Shown here one piece after another: positions 18,297-26,005 of a DNA stretch of 64,000 bases. A program made the position numbers and the translations under genes. Below the pieces are notes generated by a model, which worked only from the letters and a program-made list of their open reading frames with translations, was not told the DNA's origin and searched no databases. The stretch comes from a virus, in the IMG/VR virus record IMGVR_UViG_3300036792_000096, positions 1 through 64,000 of that record. One strand, 5' to 3'. How positions within the stretch are numbered: position 1 is the first letter of the stretch; every line of letters starts with the position of its first letter.

Positions 18297-20299
18297 GGCG
18301 CCTCGCGGCAGTGCTTATCACCGCGGGAGGCTTGGCCCTCATCCCCGCTGCTGCCAGCGCGCAGACCGTTCCCACTCCCACGGTAACGACCACGCCGACG
18401 CCCGGGCCGACGGGCGTTCCGCAGATCCCGGCAAAGAAGGTGTGCAACGGGGTTCCCCAGCCGGTTCTGGGGTTCATTTACGATCCCAAGTACCTCGTGC
18501 CAGGTGCCAACGGTGGGTTCTCGCTCGAGGATGAGATGCACGCCTGCTCGCTCGAGGGCCAGCAGCAGGTTCACGACCAAGCCAAGGGCTTCATGAATGC
18601 AATGGTTCCCGACAACACCGGCTCGGCCATCCCCCTCAGTGCCTACGACATCGGCTTCGACGGCTCGATAACGCAGGGTCCGGCGCTCGTTATCGGGATC
18701 GCGACGGCTATCCTCTTCGCTGTAGCGGTGTGGATCGTGGCCGGCGGACTGACGCTGGTGACGTGGGCGGTGTCCTTCCCCTTCGTTTCAATCGGTTCCG
18801 CCGTGGCCGACGATGTCTCGAAGGCGATGCTGACGAAGGTGATCGGGCCTATCGGGCTCGGACATCTGGCACTCGGGATCTGCGGTGTGGCGGTCGCCTT
18901 TCATCTGTTGCGTGAGCGAGCGAACCGGGCGGTCATCGAAGTGGCGACGTGCATGGTGGCACTCGTGTTCGCCTCTTTCCTGCTGACGAATCCCGGCGCC
19001 CTTCTCCGCTCGGGCTTCCGGGTTGAGCAGCAACTAATGGCAACGCTGCTCACCATGGGCCAACCCCCGGCTCAGACCAGCGTCACGGTCCAGAGCGGTA
19101 CTGCCTCGACCGATGCCGCTTTGGCTCCTCTCAAGAAATCCGTGCTGTCTGCCGACGTGCAGAACCCCTACGACCTCATCGACTGGGGAGCGGTACTCAC
19201 GGGGCGCTGTGCCGCCATCCGAGACGAGGCGCTTGCACTTGGGCCGTGGGGTGACGCCTCGGCTCCCCGGGACACCATGGCGAAGCTGCCCGAGTGCCAA
19301 GCCGCCGCAACGTGGAACGGGAACTCTTCGTTGTCCAAGCTGGCCGGTGGCGGGTTCTCTATCTTCAACTCCCTCTCCACCTTCGCCCTGCTGGCTGTGA
19401 TGGCTCTCGCCCTGCTGGTGAGCGAGTTGGGGGCCTGCTTCCTCATGGCCCTCTCACCTCTGGCCATCGTCGCCGCCTGTGTCCCCAAGGTCCGCTCTGG
19501 CTTCGCCCGCTGGGCTGAGGGCATACTGAGGGTGATCCTGGTCACGATCGTGGCTGCGTTCTTCCTCTCCCTGTGGTCACTGTTCATGGTGGCGCTGCTG
19601 GACAAACTTCCCCCGGGCACTCCTCTGCTGCTGCGGTTCTTCGTCCAAGCCTGTGTCACCACCATGACCATCATCGCCTTTGTCTCGGCCCTCCGTAGGC
19701 TCCCCCGGGTGGCTCACAACGTGGTCAAGAGCATGTCGAAGGACGAGGGCTACCTCTCCCCGGCCAAGTCACACGGTGGCACGCTCGGCCTCGGCCTCGG
19801 CTCGCTGGGCATGGCCGAGGCGCTGGGCTACCGGGACAAGTTGTCCAGCCTCACGCCCAACCGGAACCGGCGCAAGTTGGTAGGGGCGATCAAGGGCCTC
19901 AAGGACGGACCAAAGGAACTCGACGCTGGAGAGGAATTTGATCCCGCAGGTGTGGGGTTCCCGCCCTGGACTCCGGGCACCGACATGGAGTTGAGCGGCG
20001 GGCCCTACGGAGACAACAAGTGGCGTTCGGATAGGGTTACTGCCGAACGGGTGCCACCGCGTACGGATAACTGGACGACTCCCGAAGTCCTTCGAGAGGC
20101 TACCTTGCGTCTCAGCAACCCCCTCGCACGGCCCGTGATCCGGCTGCCCGAGAGCAACCCCCGAAAGGTCGTGGTGCCCCTCAGTGTGGCTAATGCCGCG
20201 CCTTCCCGTAGAGCGCTCCCGCCCGCCGGTTCCACCTCGGACGCACCTGTCCGGGCATGGGAAACCCGTCGGCGCGACTACGAGATCCCGGAGGAGTAA
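18293..20299 (+). CDS. VirB6/TrbL/TcpH-like polytopic membrane protein
   Basis: Signal peptide, extracellular domain, about 7-8 TMs, disordered C-terminus; follows VirB4. Confidence 0.75.
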   Translation: MRRLAAVLITAGGLALIPAAASAQTVPTPTVTTTPTPGPTGVPQIPAKKVCNGVPQPVLGFIYDPKYLVPGANGGFSLEDEMHACSLEGQQQVHDQAKGFMNAMVPDNTGSAIPLSAYDIGFDGSITQGPALVIGIATAILFAVAVWIVAGGLTLVTWAVSFPFVSIGSAVADDVSKAMLTKVIGPIGLGHLALGICGVAVAFHLLRERANRAVIEVATCMVALVFASFLLTNPGALLRSGFRVEQQLMATLLTMGQPPAQTSVTVQSGTASTDAALAPLKKSVLSADVQNPYDLIDWGAVLTGRCAAIRDEALALGPWGDASAPRDTMAKLPECQAAATWNGNSSLSKLAGGGFSIFNSLSTFALLAVMALALLVSELGACFLMALSPLAIVAACVPKVRSGFARWAEGILRVILVTIVAAFFLSLWSLFMVALLDKLPPGTPLLLRFFVQACVTTMTIIAFVSALRRLPRVAHNVVKSMSKDEGYLSPAKSHGGTLGLGLGSLGMAEALGYRDKLSSLTPNRNRRKLVGAIKGLKDGPKELDAGEEFDPAGVGFPPWTPGTDMELSGGPYGDNKWRSDRVTAERVPPRTDNWTTPEVLREATLRLSNPLARPVIRLPESNPRKVVVPLSVANAAPSRRALPPAGSTSDAPVRAWETRRRDYEIPEE

Positions 20300-20916
20300 T
20301 GCCCTCCGCCCTGAGACGCCGATGGGTCAAGATCCTGCTTGCCTCCGGGCTAGGTTCAACGCTCGTTGTGGTAGCCGTGGTCGGGTTCGGATTCATGGCC
20401 GTGATGACCCTGCTGGGAGCCTCGCGTGTGGGTGGAACGCTGGCGCAAACCACGTCGTCCTTCGGTGCCCCCGCCGTGGTCCCCAAGGGCTCGGGAGCGA
20501 CGGCGGGACAGGAAGAGTTCGCTGGCGCGCTGGGGCTGTGCTGGCCCGCGGATCCGTACGTGCGGCTGGCGTGGACTGTGGCCGAAGGTGGGGGAGTGAA
20601 CCCCGGCCAGCCCCCGAATAACTTTCTGTTCCTGACCGCCGTGACTGGCGGTTTCCAGTCCTTTGACTCCCCTGAGTCCGCAGCGCAGGCCGTGTGTCAG
20701 ACCTTGCAGGCCCCCCAGTACGCGGGAGTCCTGTCCTCGGTCGGCCTCGCCCCCGTCCTGCAACTGATCGCCGTGGCGCAGTCTCCGTGGGATGGAGGCT
20801 ACGTGGCGTGGGGTGATCCGGCCGGGCACTATGGAGGAGACGGACGCAATCTGGTAGGGGCCTACTACCGCCTGCTTGGGAACACGAACTGCCTCTACCC
20901 GACACAACCATGCTGA
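20299..20916 (+). CDS. Membrane-anchored lysozyme-like cell-wall hydrolase (VirB1 role)
   Basis: N-terminal TM; AEGG...NNFL...FQSFDSPE...Y...AQSPW. Confidence 0.6.
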   Translation: MPSALRRRWVKILLASGLGSTLVVVAVVGFGFMAVMTLLGASRVGGTLAQTTSSFGAPAVVPKGSGATAGQEEFAGALGLCWPADPYVRLAWTVAEGGGVNPGQPPNNFLFLTAVTGGFQSFDSPESAAQAVCQTLQAPQYAGVLSSVGLAPVLQLIAVAQSPWDGGYVAWGDPAGHYGGDGRNLVGAYYRLLGNTNCLYPTQPC

Positions 20917-20929
20917 GAGGGGAGCCGAG

Positions 20930-21232
20930 ATGAAGCCAGTGGTGTACGTGCCGAGGTCGGTTGTGAGCAAGGGAGTCAAGTTCGCTCTCTGGCTGGGCGC
21001 TTGGGGTCTCTGCTCCGCCAACCACATCCCGTCAGGCTGGTTCTTGGGCGGAACCGCCGTCGTGGTTTTCCTCGTGCGCTGGTCCCGCCGCCGGCCACCG
21101 GTTCTCCCGACGGAATGGGCCCGCAGAGACATGAGCCCGGAGGAGGTCCGAGCGCTACTCCAAACGGTGGCCGCTACGGAGCCGGACGAGCCCGAGCCTC
21201 CTCAGCAGATCCAAGCCCGACGGGTTGACTAG
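20930..21232 (+). CDS. Small two-TM membrane protein
   Basis: SD GAGGGGAG; two hydrophobic segments. Confidence 0.6.
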   Translation: MKPVVYVPRSVVSKGVKFALWLGAWGLCSANHIPSGWFLGGTAVVVFLVRWSRRRPPVLPTEWARRDMSPEEVRALLQTVAATEPDEPEPPQQIQARRVD

Positions 21233-21850
21233 GTGACCCAGCGCTACCGCACCATCGTCGCCGACCCGCCGTGGCCTATCAAAGACACGGGGGCTTGTTC
21301 TAGCCCCCGTGTCGGAGAGCGTAAGGGCCGGTGGGATTCAGGCAAAGGGACCGTAGGTAAGAGCAGCCGCGTGCCCTATTCAGTGATGAGCCTGACCGAG
21401 ATTGCTGAGTTGCCCGTGGCTGACCTCGCCGAGCCGGACGCTCATCTCTACCTGTGGACCTTTGGACCGTTTATTCCGAAGGCGTATGAGTTGGTGAAGG
21501 GGTGGGGGTTTAAACCGTCTGCTCTGCTGACTTGGTGCAAACCCCCGATGGGACTCGGGTTCGGAGGCGCCTATGTCCCCACAACGGAGCATGTTCTATT
21601 CGCACGCCGGGGACGACTGGCTGCCCTGCGCCGCTGGCACTCCACGTGGTTCGAGTGGCCGCGGCCGTACCTAACTCAAGGCCCCGCGCACTCAGCCAAA
21701 CCCGAAGCCTTCCTAGACCTAGTCGAAACGGTCTCCCCCGGACCGTACCTGGAACTTTTCGCGAGGAGGAACCGCCTCGGCTGGTCAACTTGGGGCAACG
21801 AGTGTCTTGAGCACGTGGAGATGCCGACAACTGGATGTGGCGACAAGTAG
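21233..21850 (+). CDS. MT-A70 family adenine methyltransferase
   Basis: YRTIVADPPW, HLYLW, WCK...GFG, HSAKP, YLELFAR...GWSTWGNE. Confidence 0.93.
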   Translation: MTQRYRTIVADPPWPIKDTGACSSPRVGERKGRWDSGKGTVGKSSRVPYSVMSLTEIAELPVADLAEPDAHLYLWTFGPFIPKAYELVKGWGFKPSALLTWCKPPMGLGFGGAYVPTTEHVLFARRGRLAALRRWHSTWFEWPRPYLTQGPAHSAKPEAFLDLVETVSPGPYLELFARRNRLGWSTWGNECLEHVEMPTTGCGDK

Positions 21851-21889
21851 ATTTCGGCAGGGCTCTAGAGAGAACGGTGACATAGAACG

Positions 21890-24286
21890 ATGGAACAGTC
21901 AGAGCAGGTAGATAGGGAAATCCCTGATGCGGCCGTTGCGGACTGCTCCCCCCCTGTCCCCTCCTCCGTCGGGTCCTTCGGTTCGCAAGCACCCCCCTAC
22001 ACGGGGGGTGAGAGTACACCGCTCCAGACCGCTGAGCCCAAGAGGAAGACCGTCGAGCTCGCCCCCTCAAGATCCTTCAACCCGAACCCCGAAGAGGTAC
22101 TCCGTTGGTCAATCGCTCTCGCAAGATCCACAAGAAGGTTTCACCCGAAGGACTTCATCCGGATCCACCTCCGTGCAGACAATGGATACCTCTCCTACCT
22201 GCTCTCCGCTCCCTCAGAAGTTCTCCCGCGGCTCCTCACCTTCCTACCCGCGGGGCTGACCGTCCGCGAGGCCGCTGTTCCTCCATCGCCAGCCGCTCTT
22301 GCAGTCTCGCGAGCAGTGGTTTCGCTACCGCGAAACCCTCGAGTGGTGCCCGCGGATCCCGACGTTCTGGGGGACTTCGCGCGTGCGCTCGCGGAGGCAC
22401 GCGAAGGTGAACTAGCGGAGGTCATCCTCGACCTCGTCGCGGCAGACAAGCGCCCTCGCGAGCGCCAGTTTTCATCGCGCGAGTGGGATCCCGCGAAGCT
22501 CCTCACCGCGGCGCGAACCGCTGCCGCGCGGGACTTCCTCGCGAGGCCCCAGCCGACACGTTCGAACCCACGCGAGGAAGCCGAGAATCACCCTCCTACG
22601 GAGGAGATTCTCTTCCGCGTCGCGGTCCACGCACACGCCTTTTCCCCCGACGCCCAGCGCGCTCGCGACCTTGCTCTTGGGCTCGCGCAGCCCTTCCACG
22701 CGTGGGGACCCGGAGGCTCAGTCAAGGTGTCTACACGCTCTCCCGCCGCGGGGTGGCTCCACGAGGGACACCGCCCTCGTGGAGCACGGTCTCAGGTGGT
22801 TGCTCAGACGGCGCTGGCCTGTCTGCTGCTGCCCCCAACGGAGTCCTGCACGGCCATGAACGTAAGACGCTCTGGGGCCGCTGCGCCGCCTCCGCGGGGG
22901 CTACTGCCGCTGGGTCCCGGTACGCGCCCCTTGGGTCACGTCGCGGGCTACTCCGGGCCCGTCGGGATCCGCTGGGATGAGTTCTTCTTCGGCGGACTCT
23001 CCGGGCAGACGCGGTGGGGCAAGAGCTACTTTGAGATCGGGACCTTCCTCTCTTGGGTGCTCGAGGCTCCCTACGGGCTCGGACTGGGCGGGTGCTACGT
23101 TGACCCCACACGCGAGGCGCTGGGAACGCTCGAGCCGTTCATGACCTCCATCGCCCCCCGTTGCCTTGTCGTGGACCTGGGGCGGAATTGGGATGACCTG
23201 TACCTGCCCTGCTGGAACCTGCTGGATGCTCGCGGCACAAAGGACCAGGAGGCCAACGAGCGGGTCGGCGCCATGACGTCGGGGTTCCTCGCTGCAACGA
23301 AATGGAAGCCGGACTTCGCTTCCCGGGCAACGGCCATCATCACCAACACGGCCAACAGTCTGATCGCCTTCGACCGTGCGCTGCCGGCCGACGCCCCCAC
23401 GCCCACAATCTTTCAGATCCACACACTCATCGAAAACGAGGAGTGGCGCAAGAAGATCCTCCCCTGTCTCCCCCAGCACCTTCGTCAGTGGTGGGAGGAT
23501 TCCTTCCCCCGACTTCCGAAGGACGCCGTGCTGACCGTGACCAACCTGATCTCACGGCTCCGCAACGATGTCCCCACCGCAGCCTTCCTCGGGGGACGCA
23601 ACACGCTGAACCTGCGCGAGGCCATGGACCGCCGCCAGGTGGTGCTGTTCTCCAACGCCCGGAAGGGGGACGGACGTGACGCCCTGCCGACATCGCTGTT
23701 CGTGCGTGGTCTGCTCATGGCCGGCCACTCCCGCCAGGACACGCCCGAGGTCCGGCGCAGGGAGGAGTGCCCCCGCTTCCACATCGTCTACGACGAGGCC
23801 CCCACCTACAACGGCCCCGACCTCGCCTCCGGCATGCAGGAGCTTGGGAAGTACGGGATCGTGTCGGACGTGCTCTCGCAGGGACCTTCCAAGCTCAAGG
23901 TCGGCGGGACGTGGGACGCTCTTGCCACCAACAGCTCCACGCTCACCACGACCTCCGTGGGCCACGACGACGCGGTCATGATCGCCAAGGAGTGGCAGGG
24001 CGCCTCAGCGTCCGACATCATGGACACGGAGCGTTACACCTTCCTAACCTCCGTCGTCCACGAGGGACGGCACAGCCCCGCCTTTCACTTCCGAGCCATC
24101 GACCCCCACGACCTCTACCCGTACGAGGCCGGCGTGCTCGAACGCTCAATCGCCAAGGATCGTCGGTATCGGCTCGCAAGCGAGACCGTCGCCGATCTGG
24201 AGACGCTGGACGAACGGCTGGTGAAAGCGTGGATGCGGGGGCAGAACTCGGGCCCCCGGCCGATAGCGGTGGACGTGGAGTCATGA
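21890..24286 (+). CDS. Type IV coupling protein-like (VirD4/TrwB-family) ATPase
   Basis: Walker A-like SGQTRWGKS, YVDP, Walker B IVYDEA, ELGKYG...LSQ; lies upstream of the relaxase. Confidence 0.75.
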   Translation: MEQSEQVDREIPDAAVADCSPPVPSSVGSFGSQAPPYTGGESTPLQTAEPKRKTVELAPSRSFNPNPEEVLRWSIALARSTRRFHPKDFIRIHLRADNGYLSYLLSAPSEVLPRLLTFLPAGLTVREAAVPPSPAALAVSRAVVSLPRNPRVVPADPDVLGDFARALAEAREGELAEVILDLVAADKRPRERQFSSREWDPAKLLTAARTAAARDFLARPQPTRSNPREEAENHPPTEEILFRVAVHAHAFSPDAQRARDLALGLAQPFHAWGPGGSVKVSTRSPAAGWLHEGHRPRGARSQVVAQTALACLLLPPTESCTAMNVRRSGAAAPPPRGLLPLGPGTRPLGHVAGYSGPVGIRWDEFFFGGLSGQTRWGKSYFEIGTFLSWVLEAPYGLGLGGCYVDPTREALGTLEPFMTSIAPRCLVVDLGRNWDDLYLPCWNLLDARGTKDQEANERVGAMTSGFLAATKWKPDFASRATAIITNTANSLIAFDRALPADAPTPTIFQIHTLIENEEWRKKILPCLPQHLRQWWEDSFPRLPKDAVLTVTNLISRLRNDVPTAAFLGGRNTLNLREAMDRRQVVLFSNARKGDGRDALPTSLFVRGLLMAGHSRQDTPEVRRREECPRFHIVYDEAPTYNGPDLASGMQELGKYGIVSDVLSQGPSKLKVGGTWDALATNSSTLTTTSVGHDDAVMIAKEWQGASASDIMDTERYTFLTSVVHEGRHSPAFHFRAIDPHDLYPYEAGVLERSIAKDRRYRLASETVADLETLDERLVKAWMRGQNSGPRPIAVDVES

Positions 24287-25002
24287 CGCCCTATTACTCC
24301 GACGAGTGGACCACTCTGTATCACGGAGACTGCCTAGATGTCATCGCCGATGTGCCCATGCTCTTGGACGCCGTAATTACGGACCCCCCTTTCTCGTCAG
24401 GGACGCGCCATGAGGCCGGGAAGCCAAGCAGCGGGGCCATGCTCCGAGCGGGGCGGTTCAGTGAACGCCCGCTGGATCTCGATCAGATGACTACCACCGG
24501 GTTTGTATGGCTTCTTAGGGCTGTGGCGCGAGGGGTGTACTCGGTACTGGTGGAGGGTGGGTCGTTCCTCTCTTTTATTGACTGGCGTCAGTGGCCCAAT
24601 CTTGTGGGAGCACTAGAGACGGCTAACCTCCGCGTGCAGGGAATGGTGGTTTGGGACAAAGGTCACTTCGGACTAGGGAACGGGTTCCGATCCCAACACG
24701 AGTTGATCTGCCACGCCTCGAAGGGTGTGCCAGCTATCTACAACAAGGGTATTGGCAACGTCATTCGCCATTCCCGAGAAGAGCCCGAGTTCCACCCGAG
24801 CCCCAAGCCGGTAGGGCTCATGGAACGCCTCATCACCACCGTGAGCCCGCGGGGAGGAACGATTCTGGATCCATTCGTCGGGGGCGGCACGACTCTCGTC
24901 GCCTGCAAGATGGCGGGCCGACTTGGGATCGGAGTGGAGAGCGATGAGGGGTACTGCGAGGTAGCCGCGTCCCGTCTTGCACAGGAAGTGCTGGCACTCT
25001 GA
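24283..25002 (+). CDS. DNA N6-adenine/N4-cytosine methyltransferase (beta class)
   Basis: TLYHGDC, TDPPF, HPSPKP, ILDPFVGGGTT. Confidence 0.92.
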   Translation: MTPYYSDEWTTLYHGDCLDVIADVPMLLDAVITDPPFSSGTRHEAGKPSSGAMLRAGRFSERPLDLDQMTTTGFVWLLRAVARGVYSVLVEGGSFLSFIDWRQWPNLVGALETANLRVQGMVVWDKGHFGLGNGFRSQHELICHASKGVPAIYNKGIGNVIRHSREEPEFHPSPKPVGLMERLITTVSPRGGTILDPFVGGGTTLVACKMAGRLGIGVESDEGYCEVAASRLAQEVLAL

Positions 25003-25905
25003 ATGCAGCCCCTGCCCCTCCCTCTCGCCGAGCACGCGCTTCTGGAGGTCATCGGCTGGCACCGCTACCTCACCCGCCGCCAGTGCTGGCTCTACGAACG
25101 ACCTCAGGACGCCAACAGCCGCCCCACCTACGCCCTGCTCGGGCGCCTCGCCAAGCGGGGGCTGGTGGGCTCAGGCCAGGTCGATGGCCGGGGCGTGGCG
25201 GTCTACTTCCTCACCCCCGCCGGCATCAAGGCACTCCCGCCAGCCCTCCGCAGGGACTACCAGCCCTCAGCCGAGCAAGCCGGCTTCCGCTACAGGCACA
25301 CGTGGCAGGTCAACGAGGCGGGCCTCGCCTTCGTCCAGGCCGCCCGGGAGCGGGGTGACGAGTGCGGCCCACTTGCCCTCGAGCACGAACGCCGTCTCCG
25401 GGACACGGGAGACAGCGCCTCTCTCCTCATCGCCGACGGCATCCTCCAGTACGCCCTACAGGACTCGAAGACCTACGACCCGCGCTGGGCCATCCTCGAG
25501 GTGGACCGCCGCACGGCCCCCGGCCGCATCTGTGACCGCCTCCGGGCCTACGCCACCATCAAGCGCAAGAAGGTCTTGTGGTCCAAGGTGCTCCCCGACG
25601 GCTGGCCCCCGGTCCTGTTCGTCATCTCCGCCGACCCGAGCTCAGGCCCCCGAGTGGGAGAGAAGCACTGGGCAGGCGACCCCAGGGCATCCTCGGCTCG
25701 TACCCGCCGGCTGACGGCCTACGTCGCAGACCGGATGCGCGACGAATCCCTGCTGCGGGGGCTGGAGGTGTTCTTCGCCCCCCTGCCAGCACTGTTGGCC
25801 GACGGCCCCTTCGCCCCCATCTGGCACCGCCCGGGCCACGCCGAGCCGCTGGACTGGCTGGGGCGCCCGGTCATGTCCGCCGTGAGCGAAGGCGGGGCAG
25901 CGTGA
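25003..25905 (+). CDS. Replication-relaxation family relaxase (MOB-L type)
   Basis: N-terminal wHTH, YFLTPAG, HTWQVNE, ADGIL, LEVDRRT, RLRAYA. Confidence 0.85.
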   Translation: MQPLPLPLAEHALLEVIGWHRYLTRRQCWLYERPQDANSRPTYALLGRLAKRGLVGSGQVDGRGVAVYFLTPAGIKALPPALRRDYQPSAEQAGFRYRHTWQVNEAGLAFVQAARERGDECGPLALEHERRLRDTGDSASLLIADGILQYALQDSKTYDPRWAILEVDRRTAPGRICDRLRAYATIKRKKVLWSKVLPDGWPPVLFVISADPSSGPRVGEKHWAGDPRASSARTRRLTAYVADRMRDESLLRGLEVFFAPLPALLADGPFAPIWHRPGHAEPLDWLGRPVMSAVSEGGAA

Positions 25906-25942
25906 CTCGCCGAACTACTCGCCGGTAGTTCCGCCTACCCTC

Positions 25943-25990
25943 TTGCGCTGGTACTGAATAGGGTGCATACTTGTACTCAATCAGTACAAG
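25943..25990 (+). promoter_or_regulatory. SigA-type promoter with overlapping palindromic operator
   Basis: TTGCGC 25943-25948, 17 nt, CATACT 25966-25971; CTTGTACT-N5-AGTACAAG 25970-25990. Confidence 0.65.
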
Positions 25991-26005
25991 CCGAGAGGAG
26001 ACGAG

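Noticed and set aside
23767-24282. Long N-terminal extension of the MTase ORF in the track
   Set aside because: It overlaps the coupling-protein gene with Arg-rich off-frame sequence; ATG 24283 has an SD and an ATGA overlap
11870-26005. attL/attR direct repeats or an integrase bounding the conjugation module
   Set aside because: No shared repeat found by eye at the two flanks and no recombinase motif; a computational repeat search is still needed
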